Of a stretch of DNA of 28,608 nt, positions 7,385 through 15,700 are shown in pieces. The notes under the pieces were generated by a model. That model ran no database searches. It saw nothing but the letters and a program-made list of their open reading frames with translations, and was not told the DNA's origin. Source of the DNA: a virus (lineage: Duplodnaviria > Caudoviricetes); the IMG/VR virus record IMGVR_UViG_3300048611_000053, positions 1 to 28,608 of that record; one strand, given 5' to 3'. Both the position numbers and the translations under genes were made by a program. The stretch's first letter is position 1. The number at the start of each line of letters is the position of its first letter.

Positions 7385-7645
7385 TCAACATCGTTCCCAG
7401 GCAGGATCCTGTTTGCAGATTTGCGCTTTCAGCCGTTCCATCTGGCGTTCGTACTCACGGGCCAGAGCTTCGTTGCCCTCTGCGCGGGCCTGCTCGGCTT
7501 TCTCGAGGTAGGCGTAGAAGGACGCATATTGCAGCTCCGTAGCTACCGATATCGGAGCATAGCGGCTATCCGCCACCTGGATGCCGGCAAAGGCCGATCC
7601 GAGAATGACCAGCGTGGCGCCTACGGCGGTAATCAGATTCGTCAT
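7385..7645 (-). CDS. N-terminal TM/signal protein with a C-terminal Cys pair
   Basis: The MTNLITAVGATLVILGSAFAG start overlaps the Rz1 stop (ATGA). Confidence 0.6.
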   Translation of the reverse strand: MTNLITAVGATLVILGSAFAGIQVADSRYAPISVATELQYASFYAYLEKAEQARAEGNEALAREYERQMERLKAQICKQDPAWERC

Positions 7646-7980
7646 TCCAGTGCCCTTATCCATTCAACCAACGCGGCATGATTGCGCTGACAGTTACGGT
7701 AGATCGTTGAGTTTTCGTTCACGTTCCGCAGGTTCTGCCGCTCCCAGCGTTCCAGATCAGTTTCCGCTTCCATCCATGCCGGCAGCGGCTGCAATTCATG
7801 GCACTTCATCATCGCCACGTTCGGCTTCGGTGGCAACAGGTGCGGCGCCTGCACGTATGGCGTTGTTCCACAGCCTGTAGTGACGGCCAGTGTCGATAAC
7901 AGGGCAAGCAGGACAGTCGCCCTCGACCGTGACCGTCCGCGTCTGGTATCGCACCACCGGCTCCAGGTCGATCGCCTCAT
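7642..7980 (-). CDS. o-spanin (Rz1-like outer-membrane lipoprotein); start uncertain
   Basis: Basic n-region, h-region VLLALLSTLAV, lipobox-like TTG-C, Pro-rich mature part. Overlaps the Rz-like gene in another frame. Confidence 0.75.
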   Translation of the reverse strand: MRRSTWSRWCDTRRGRSRSRATVLLALLSTLAVTTGCGTTPYVQAPHLLPPKPNVAMMKCHELQPLPAWMEAETDLERWERQNLRNVNENSTIYRNCQRNHAALVEWIRALE

Positions 7981-8236
7981 CCAGTTCATGTTTAAGCCTC
8001 GCGTTGTCTTGCAGCTTCTCGGCCAGCGCAGTTGACATGGCGTCGACCTTTGCCTGCGCCATCTTGTGATCCAGCAGGGCGGCATTGGTAGCCTCGCGCT
8101 GTGCAATGAGTTCGGTATTGTCTGCCTCGGCCCATTTACCTTTGACATGCGAACTGCCGAGCCACCATCCGCCGCTGAGCCCGGTCACGAGACTGGCCGC
8201 GCCTACGATGGCGCCTAGTTTGAGTCCGCCGATCAT
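7796..8236 (-). CDS. i-spanin (Rz-like)
   Basis: N-terminal TM, periplasmic coiled coil, CPAC, and YRLWNNAI tail. SD AGGAG. Confidence 0.75.
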   Translation of the reverse strand: MIGGLKLGAIVGAASLVTGLSGGWWLGSSHVKGKWAEADNTELIAQREATNAALLDHKMAQAKVDAMSTALAEKLQDNARLKHELDEAIDLEPVVRYQTRTVTVEGDCPACPVIDTGRHYRLWNNAIRAGAAPVATEAERGDDEVP

Positions 8237-8248
8237 GATCGTAGTCTC

Positions 8249-8320
8249 CTAAACGAAAACGGCGGCTATCAGGTAGCCGCCGAGTGTGATACCGACCTTC
8301 CAGGTCAGCTGTGGAAGCAT
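8249..8320 (-). CDS. 23-aa hydrophobic peptide spanning a terminator-like hairpin
   Basis: MLPQLTWKVGITLGGYLIAAVFV, TAATG-coupled to the upstream gene. Confidence 0.35.
   Translation of the reverse strand: MLPQLTWKVGITLGGYLIAAVFV
8251..8281 (-). terminator. Intrinsic terminator-like hairpin upstream of the spanins
   Basis: Minus strand GGCGGCTA-CCTGA-TAGCCGCC followed by GTTTTCGTTT. Confidence 0.55.
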
Positions 8321-8514
8321 TACGGCGCGTCGAAGTCTACGTACTGGGCTTTCCATGCTTCGTATCGCTGTTCGAATTTTGTTTTCATGTCATTGAAAGC
8401 GTCGATTGCTTCCGGATCAGTGATGTGTTCGTGCATGATCAGGTCAACCGTCCTATCCAGTTCGTACAGAAATCCGGTGCAGTCAATCGCTGCCTTGCAT
8501 ACTCTGCTTGACAT
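8320..8514 (-). CDS. Hypothetical 64-aa protein
   Basis: Packed between neighbours; SD GAGG. Confidence 0.6.
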   Translation of the reverse strand: MSSRVCKAAIDCTGFLYELDRTVDLIMHEHITDPEAIDAFNDMKTKFEQRYEAWKAQYVDFDAP

Positions 8515-8516
8515 TA

Positions 8517-8771
8517 TTATTCCTCTGGTAAAGGTGGTGGTTTAAACTCGTTTGCCCTCAGTTCAGCATGAAGGTTGTTCGCATATATCTTGTAGACTTC
8601 TGCGGTCTGTTGGGCATCTATAGCGATATACATCGCAACACCTCCAAACAGCATTGAAAATGCTGCGATCAGTATTGCTACTGCGGCCATGATAACAGCT
8701 GCATATTCAAGAGCGGAATGTTTCAGTCGATCGAAAAAGCGGTTTCTGGTTGCGTTTATTTCATCCGACAT
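8517..8771 (-). CDS. Single-TM membrane protein (holin/antiholin-like)
   Basis: Long hydrophobic segment, located in the lysis region. Confidence 0.6.
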   Translation of the reverse strand: MSDEINATRNRFFDRLKHSALEYAAVIMAAVAILIAAFSMLFGGVAMYIAIDAQQTAEVYKIYANNLHAELRANEFKPPPLPEE

Positions 8772-8988
8772 TTCTCATATTCCGAAGGATATTCAGCATT
8801 TCTTGTCGGTCTTGTTGTTCGTCTTTGGCAGCCTTCTCCAGAATAACAATCCGATCATCATGCTCATCCATCCTTTGATCGTGATCGGAAAATTTCTCTC
8901 GAACCCACATGGAGGCAATGCCAATCCAGCTTATGACAAGAAAGCCGATGACGGCCAAGAGAATAGCTATAATACCTTCTGTGCTCAT
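8761..8988 (-). CDS. N-terminal TM plus coiled-coil protein (lysis region)
   Basis: TM segment IIAILLAVIGFLVISWIGI followed by HDDRIVILE. Confidence 0.65.
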   Translation of the reverse strand: MSTEGIIAILLAVIGFLVISWIGIASMWVREKFSDHDQRMDEHDDRIVILEKAAKDEQQDRQEMLNILRNMRNVG

Positions 8989-9015
8989 GATTTCCGCTCT
9001 TTTGGGAAAAATCGC

Positions 9016-9216
9016 CTAGGCGGTGTCTTTCACATAGTACTGAATCGCGAACATAACTATCTGCAGGATTGCCGTTCCGATGAACAATGGAATAGCAACC
9101 TCGGTATACGTCTCGACAAGGTACGCGATGATGGTCACTACCGATCCAGCGGCCTGCCCCATGCCGACCTTCCGAGTCGGAGCGTAATCGGGTTGCGTTA
9201 CCAGTTCTTTGCTCAT
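9016..9216 (-). CDS. Putative holin with two TM helices
   Basis: 66 aa, PTRKV...GSVVTIIAY and a second TM. Directly downstream of the endolysin; SD GGGAG. Confidence 0.65.
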   Translation of the reverse strand: MSKELVTQPDYAPTRKVGMGQAAGSVVTIIAYLVETYTEVAIPLFIGTAILQIVMFAIQYYVKDTA

Positions 9217-9304
9217 ACAAAACTCCCGCCGTAATACCAAAGCACCCATGTCACCAGACTGCCAACAACGAAGCCGGCCGTGAACCATGTCTGGTGGTAG
9301 CGCC

Positions 9305-9643
9305 TCATTTCACTCCGTTGTGCGTAATCCCGTAGTGGTTACCATCGCCGAAACGACCACCCCATACAGCCAGCTCGTGCAAACTCTCCCAGAACTCCCC
9401 TAGCTCCCTGTGATCTTCTGTTTCCGTCAGATACTTGCCGTCTTTGAACAAGTGCAAGTCGGCTGCCAGTCGCAGCAAGTGCAGGGAATTAGATATACCC
9501 TTGCCGGATGCAGCATTGCGTTCTGCCTGCTCTTTCGACCGCTCTACCTCGCCAGTGCGAATCTTGTATCCTTTTCCGTAAGCAAAGATGATCAGTTGCG
9601 CCAGCAGGTAGGAGAACAGTTCCTGCTTTTCACCGAGTTTCAA
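9305..9643 (-). CDS. Endolysin, M15-family Zn peptidase
   Basis: R...SLHLLRLAADL...WGGRF..DGNH motifs; TTG start. Confidence 0.9.
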   Translation of the reverse strand: MKLGEKQELFSYLLAQLIIFAYGKGYKIRTGEVERSKEQAERNAASGKGISNSLHLLRLAADLHLFKDGKYLTETEDHRELGEFWESLHELAVWGGRFGDGNHYGITHNGVK

Positions 9644-9710
9644 TTCCCACCAACCTTATAAGTTCTGTTAAGGACTACACCGGAATATGCAAGGTCTTTG
9701 TAGATTTGGT

Positions 9711-11675
9711 TCATGCAGCCTCAACCGGCGTAACCACTATCCAGTTCCCTCCAATACGAACGATAAAGGCCCCATCCAAAGCATTATCCAAGACAAAGTC
9801 GGCCCCGCCATTGACCAGAATGTTGCCGGTTCCGTGTTTGATGGTAATCACGTCATCGGCGTCTCTGCGAAGGTATATTTGTTGCCCATTGTTGCCACCA
9901 TTTATGGTGACCAAGTCGTCTGATACACCGCCCTCACCGGCAACAATGATGTTTCCGGTGGGAGACTCGTTTATGTCAATCGCGCCGGAAGCAATGGTCA
10001 GCGTGGTTCCTATTCCAATACCAACCATCGTGCTGTTGAGGTTGTTTTGGACGTTCCATGTCCCGTTGAAGGGATCGCCTGTGTGACCTTCGCTGTAGCA
10101 GCCATCGGCCCATGCAGTTGGATTGGATGAAACCGCCTTGTCAAATCCTCTCAGCATGTTCCCTGCCGAATCCCTGGCAATACAGTCTTTCAGGATAACG
10201 GTCGTGCTCTGAGTTGTACCGATATAGAACCCTGCGGGATTGGTTCCGTCCTGACCAATGTCTATCGCGTGGCAGCCCTCGTAAGTTGGATTGACCGCAT
10301 TCGCGTGATCAATGAATTCGAAACCGTGATGCCCGGATTCCACTGCGTAGCAATTCCGGAGGTGTGTCCCATTGCCTTCGTCCAGAAATGCACCAGTGGT
10401 CGTTGCATCCACGCTTGTTTCTGGGTCGGTTCCTTTGTTCGTCCGGTATGCCGTGCAATTGATTGCCTTAGCGCGAATAGTCTGATGAAACTGGAATCCT
10501 TCTGCTACAGCGCCGTTTACCTTGCAAGTATCGAAGGTCGTGTCTACCGCACGATCCTGAAAGCCCTCTCTCTGGCCACCTATGACATGACAATTGGTAA
10601 AGGTAATTCCCAAGCCTTCCTCATGGGTATCAAATCCGGCTGCGCGAGGATTGAGGGCGGTGCAGTTGTTAATGGCGCTGCCCACGGGTACGCCGTAGCC
10701 CAGAGTCACCCCGGCAAAGGACTTGCCCTCGACAGACGTATAGGTATGCCGAACCAGTTCCGTGTAGCAATCAGACATTCGTAAGCCAACATTCGCGCCG
10801 GCCTCGAAAACGAAATACCCGAAACCTGTAGGTGTTGTGGTCTGGCTTTTGAGGTCTGCCCCACGGCACCCTAGAACCGCATGTCCGACACAGCCCTGAA
10901 AGCTGAATCCAGAGTTTTTCCCGCCCTCGACAATGACACCATTAACTTCCGGCGTGTGACAGAACAGAAACTCAGACATACCGCCCGTAAAATTAGTCGG
11001 GTCAGGGTTGAAGATTAAGAAGTCTCTGAGTACAGGGGATTCGACCATCGATATCTTTTGAACTTCAGCAGAATCGGCTGTCGCATACGCGAAATTCAGC
11101 GGCCCCTCAAGCGTTAGCGTGTCGGTACTGATACTTCGCACCTTCACTAGCTCGCCATTCTTCTGCGAACTCTGTGGGCAAACTGAGTCCGCTTCCGACC
11201 GGATTAAAGCCCAGTCTCCCGCGCTGAAGTTCGCGCCCTTCCCGGAAGAAAGAACGACAGTCAAAGAGCCAGCATCGGAGTTCGATGCTAGCGTGTTTCC
11301 TTCGCCGGTTGTGATGCTCCCGTATGCTCCGAACAGCTCGTCGTTTACCCCGACGATGAAACGAGTTGCTCGCCCATAGCCAAAAATTCCTACATTGGGC
11401 CTCAAAATAACTTTCTGGCCGATTAAATAATCTCCGGGGGGCGCAGTAACCCATCCGCCACCTGCCGCATCTGCGACATCTACCGCGGTCTGAAACGCCG
11501 ATGCGTCATCCGTCACCCCGTCCCCAACAGCGCCATGCCCCAACACACTTCCGTAAGAATTGAGAATGGCTTGCACTGTCGCCCGACGAGAATTTCCACC
11601 CTGCACAACCTCAATGGATTCCGTGCGGTCGAGTGCGGATGCAGCCGTCAGTTCACTGATCTTCCTTAGTGCCAC
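9711..11675 (-). CDS. Tailspike / depolymerase with a right-handed beta-helix (pectate-lyase-like)
   Basis: KISELT anchor, GAVGDGVTDDA cap, Cys/Asn-ladder coils, C-terminal DDLVTINGG domain. Confidence 0.8.
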   Translation of the reverse strand: MALRKISELTAASALDRTESIEVVQGGNSRRATVQAILNSYGSVLGHGAVGDGVTDDASAFQTAVDVADAAGGGWVTAPPGDYLIGQKVILRPNVGIFGYGRATRFIVGVNDELFGAYGSITTGEGNTLASNSDAGSLTVVLSSGKGANFSAGDWALIRSEADSVCPQSSQKNGELVKVRSISTDTLTLEGPLNFAYATADSAEVQKISMVESPVLRDFLIFNPDPTNFTGGMSEFLFCHTPEVNGVIVEGGKNSGFSFQGCVGHAVLGCRGADLKSQTTTPTGFGYFVFEAGANVGLRMSDCYTELVRHTYTSVEGKSFAGVTLGYGVPVGSAINNCTALNPRAAGFDTHEEGLGITFTNCHVIGGQREGFQDRAVDTTFDTCKVNGAVAEGFQFHQTIRAKAINCTAYRTNKGTDPETSVDATTTGAFLDEGNGTHLRNCYAVESGHHGFEFIDHANAVNPTYEGCHAIDIGQDGTNPAGFYIGTTQSTTVILKDCIARDSAGNMLRGFDKAVSSNPTAWADGCYSEGHTGDPFNGTWNVQNNLNSTMVGIGIGTTLTIASGAIDINESPTGNIIVAGEGGVSDDLVTINGGNNGQQIYLRRDADDVITIKHGTGNILVNGGADFVLDNALDGAFIVRIGGNWIVVTPVEAA

Positions 11676-11678
11676 AAA

Positions 11679-11837
11679 TCACTCCAAGACCCGCAGGTCT
11701 CCGTCCTCTGTGATACGCACGTCTGATTCTTCGGTGATCCGCAATTGACGGGTGGTCATAACAATAACGTTGCCGTCCGCGGTGACCATACGTAGGTCAT
11801 CTCCGGTAATGACTCGTAAATCACTCGTCTCGGTCAT
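11679..11837 (-). CDS. 52-aa repeat peptide ((L/V)R(I/V)TEDGD-type repeats), in frame with the tailspike
   Basis: MTETSDLRVITGDDLRMVTADGNVIVMTTRQLRITEESDVRITEDGDLRVLE, translated by hand; not in the ORF track. Confidence 0.7.
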   Translation of the reverse strand: MTETSDLRVITGDDLRMVTADGNVIVMTTRQLRITEESDVRITEDGDLRVLE

Positions 11838-11850
11838 TTGCCGCCCCTGA

Positions 11851-11872
11851 AAATGTGATCGTAGTCACAAAA
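11851..11872. promoter_or_regulatory. CRP-family-like palindrome TGTGA-N6-TCACA
   Basis: AAATGTGATCGTAGTCACAAAA against the consensus AAATGTGATCTAGATCACATTT. Confidence 0.55.
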
Positions 11873-11893
11873 AAGCCGCCCATTGAGGCGGCT
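11869..11893 (-). terminator. Intrinsic terminator on the late strand
   Basis: Minus strand AGCCGCC-TCAATG-GGCGGCT running into a T tract. Confidence 0.75.
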
Positions 11894-11916
11894 GCTTGGT
11901 GTACTATTGGGCCTAC

Positions 11917-11995
11917 AAAAAGCGAAGCCGGAGGCGCGTCAACGCCTGCCGGCTTCTGACCACGGCCAACACGTATGAGGTGTCAATCATGGCTC
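11917..11995 (-). ncRNA. Putative SymR-like cis-antisense RNA
   Basis: Extended -10 TGCTACTAT on the minus strand at 12001-12009, inside the first codons. Terminator hairpin at 11924-11956 plus a T tract. The RNA would cover the SD and start codon of the moron. Confidence 0.55.
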
Positions 11996-12384
11996 TAAAA
12001 ATAGTAGCACTATTCGCAATTGCCTTGCTCTCCGGCTGCGCATCAATGTCGAAACACGAACTAGCGTGGCAATCACTTCACGCTCTGGACGTGGCGCAAA
12101 CAGTTAACAGCGCCGGAAGCGACGATCCTTGCTGGCGCGAAGCTGGCATCCCGACCAAATACCTGATCGGAGAAAACCCAGATCCGGAGTCCGTAATTGC
12201 ATGGGGCGTCGTGTCCTCAGTTCTGCACTACTACGCCGGTCGTTGGCTTGATCGTAGTGATTGGCCAGACGGTCTCAAGTTCGCTATCCGGTCAATCGAT
12301 ATCGGCAACCAAGCGACGATAGTCGTACAGAATCACCGTGAGGGTGCTAGGCCGTTTGGCGATAACGCGCGGACTTGCCTTTAA
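11989..12384 (+). CDS. Moron lipoprotein, opposite in orientation to the late operon
   Basis: Signal MALKIVALFAIA with lipobox LSG-C; SD GAGGT; DxxQT...E...IGENP and a further hydrophobic helix. Confidence 0.8.
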   Translation: MALKIVALFAIALLSGCASMSKHELAWQSLHALDVAQTVNSAGSDDPCWREAGIPTKYLIGENPDPESVIAWGVVSSVLHYYAGRWLDRSDWPDGLKFAIRSIDIGNQATIVVQNHREGARPFGDNARTCL

Positions 12385-12746
12385 TCCTGTAGCACCTTCC
12401 GTAGCTCGATGATCTGAGATTCGATCTCCGCCAGTCGCAGGCGAGCTTCCGAGTTGTCCGGGTCTAGTAGCAGTTCGCGCACGGGTCGCTTCTGCTTTTC
12501 CTCCAGCGCGGCGATGTGCGCCTGCGCCCGGTCGCTTAGGTGCCGTGCGTCGGGCGGCGCTTCGTAGGCGACCACCCTGCCAGTCTCCAGGTCGACGCGC
12601 TGCGTCTGAGGATTGTACCGGCCCGCGATCGCTGCGCAATCTGGCGGCGTATTCGCTTCGACCGTCTCCGTCCTTGATGTGAGTATGCGGCGTCCGGTGA
12701 ACGTGCCGTCAGACAGCTGGTAGAAGCTCCAACTTTTTTGCGTCAT
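12381..12746 (-). CDS. Tail-associated hypothetical protein (fiber assembly-like)
   Basis: ATGA-coupled to the tail tip gene; C-terminal RPVRE coiled coil. Confidence 0.65.
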   Translation of the reverse strand: MTQKSWSFYQLSDGTFTGRRILTSRTETVEANTPPDCAAIAGRYNPQTQRVDLETGRVVAYEAPPDARHLSDRAQAHIAALEEKQKRPVRELLLDPDNSEARLRLAEIESQIIELRKVLQD

Positions 12747-15700
12747 CGCTTCACAGACTCCCCGCGAATTTGAATGCTGCGAGCCTCCCCGGTCGTACTG
12801 CCTGAATCTCGTTCCCAGTTGACGAACGCGGATAAATTGACTTCATCGTCCGGTGTTATCTGGACCTCCACTTGCAACATGATTCGCTCGCCTGGGGCAG
12901 CGGTCGACGACACGCGAACACGCTGGCTCTCACCAAGATTGACAGCATTTCCGAGTACCCGCAGATAGAACTCAGATGTGCCGGCGCCGGGATTGATCAC
13001 CCATACGTTCAGCGACGCTGTGACCACAAGCGTGTAATCGAGGTTTTGTGCCGCAATGTCAAGGCTGAGGATGACTCCGGGCCCGGACATCGATACAGAA
13101 TCGTCTTCTACTGAGGCGATCGTCGTCACGGCCTCGTCGTCGATCTGGATCGTATGCACCGTCCCGCTGGCGTCATCCAGAATGATGTCGGAGCCGCGCG
13201 GGATGATCTGCATGTAGCAGCCGTCCGCAAGTGCTGTCTGGTTGTTCCCGACATGTGAAGATGAGACTACCTCGAAATCCGCCAGTGCGGCATTCGCTGG
13301 AGCCGCAACGACTACCCGTGACAGATCGTAAGACGTCGTGCTGATCTCGTTTCCCTCGGAAGTTGACAACAGGGATCCTGCGTCGTCTCGCCAAGTGATC
13401 CGCGCACGGACCTTACGTGCTTCCGCGCCCGCTGAGCCACTTCTCCTGACAAAGGCCATGGCTATCAGCCTGTCGCCCTCAGTCACCTGGAATCTTGAAT
13501 CATTTCGGATTCTGTGTGCCGCAGCATCGGAATTAGAAAGAAGGTGATATGTGCCACTTCTCGGCAGGGAGTCGGAAACGCTCCAAGAGCCTTCAAGAAT
13601 AGTCCACCCGGACAAACCACCGGTCTCGAGGCCTGGATTGATCAGCCCATTGCCGAGTATCCTCGGTGCCGTAACATCCGCCCCGGGCTCGGCCGGCGCG
13701 TTGGTGGTCTGCAGCACATCGATGTCGATGTCTTTCGGAACGATTGTCATGTAGGCGCCGTCGAAGCGCCCTCCACGGCCAGACACGTTCAGCAGCTCGA
13801 ACTCGAAATGGACCTCAGCTGCTCCGGCTGGTGCCACTTTCAATACGCGAGAAAGCTCGTAATCTAGGCCAGTGACGCTATTGCCGAATGCGCTGTCGAC
13901 GAAGGTTCCTGACGAATCTGTAAAATTCAGCCGTATACGCACAGTAGCGGAGCCTGAACCAATGGTCTGGACAAAGCCCTGCGCGAGAATTCGATCTCCC
14001 TGAGTAACTTGCAGAGATGAATTATTCCGCAGCCGGCCCGCTCCGCTGTCCGGCTTATCAGCATTGAAGATGCCGGCGTGCGGATCGGTACTGTTGACGA
14101 TCCAGTCGGCACCGGTGATCTGCGTCCATCCGTCAAGCGTCCCGGTCTCGAAGCTCGGATTTATCAAATTCGAGACCAGATCATTGAACGCAAGCACGAA
14201 GAATGGAACTTGTGCCTGCGGGATGGCCGGGGCCGCAGCCAGTTCCGTTTCCTCCGAATCCCATGCGTACAGAGACGAGGGGCCGGCCTCCAGCACCAGG
14301 TTGCAGGCAAGGCCCATCTTGCCCTCGCCGGCCTGCACCATCGCCAGCTCGACATCAATCACCCGCATGGCCTGCGTCGACAGCCCGAAGGCCGCATGGG
14401 TGATGTTGATGGTCTCGCCAGGAACCGCACGGTATCCGTACAGCGAGGTGGTGCAGTTGATACGCTTGCCGGCCGCCTCGCGCTCCAGCAGCAGCTTCGC
14501 ACAGCGCTGCGCCCGGGCGTTATCCGAGACCAGCGCGAAATCCATGTTGAACCAATCTTCCTCGCCGGCCACGCTGGATGCGAGCCGCACCGGCGGATAG
14601 TCGAACACTTCGCCTGAGTCTGAGGCGGAGGCGAAGATACCCTGTACCGCATCCACCCGGGCCGACTTGCCCTTGTGCACGACGTGGGTCAGCGGGCCGA
14701 TGAAGTGCTTGTCCTCCAGATGCAGGGTCGGCGCGCGGAAGGCACCGGCGAAGAACCGCCATCTGCCATCGGCGAAGGTGATGTCGCCCGCGATCGCAGC
14801 CTCGAAGTGCCGCAGGTTCTGTCCCTGCTCCTGACGGGGATCGAGAAAGCCGTCGACCTCATAACGGTTCTGCGTGCCACCGACTGCCAGCGTCACGTCC
14901 TCGTCGCAGACGTTTGCCTCAGCGATTGCGTTGGCCGGGTCAAACCGGGCATGAGCGACGCGCATGCCGGCAATGGCGCGATTGTTCACTTTGACACCGC
15001 GCTCAAAATCGGCGGCACACAATATCGGATTGCGACTCCATTCCCAGGTCGCCGGATTATCGATCCGGTGCGCACCAGACCCCCCGGCCACGGTCGAATC
15101 CTTCCGCCAGTCGTACACCTTACGGCCCCTGATCCTGAACCGCATCTGTGGCAGGGCGTTGAGTTCTTCCTCGTCGAAAGTCAGCTTGACGATGGCATAG
15201 GGTAGGCCACGCAGCCGATGGTCCGTAGTCCACACCCCGGGGAATTCCGCAACCAGCGTTGAGTCTGCAGTCTGATCATCCGTCCCTAGCTTGTAGCGGA
15301 CATTGATCAGTCCAGCCCACTTAGACGGGCTGGTGACGTTGCCGCTGCCGTCAAGCGTCAGGGTATCGCCGTCGAATTCCGCTTCCTGCACGGAATCGAT
15401 CTCGTGTCCGACCAGCACGATGACCAGATAGAGGTCTTTATTGTTTTCTCCTTTCGCTCGATGAAAGCGCAGCGTGCCAGCAGTCCGCGCCTCTCCGTAG
15501 CAGATTTTACGCGGCGCGACCGGGTCGCCGTTGAGCTGCAGCTCGCGACCGAACTCGTCCGACAGATTGGGGATCTTGGGGTGCGTCAGGACGCCGAGCA
15601 GGCCGCCCGCCGCACCCAGCACCCCACCGGCCGCTACACTGCCGAGCAGAGTTGTCGTGCCGAGCAGTCCGAGCCCGGCGCCGCCGGTGAAGAAGGCGAC

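Noticed and set aside
9016-9288. Dual-start holin/antiholin using ATG 9288
   Set aside because: The 24-aa extension has only a weak SD and is unlike the 2-3 residue lambda S105/S107 offset. It cannot be supported from sequence alone.
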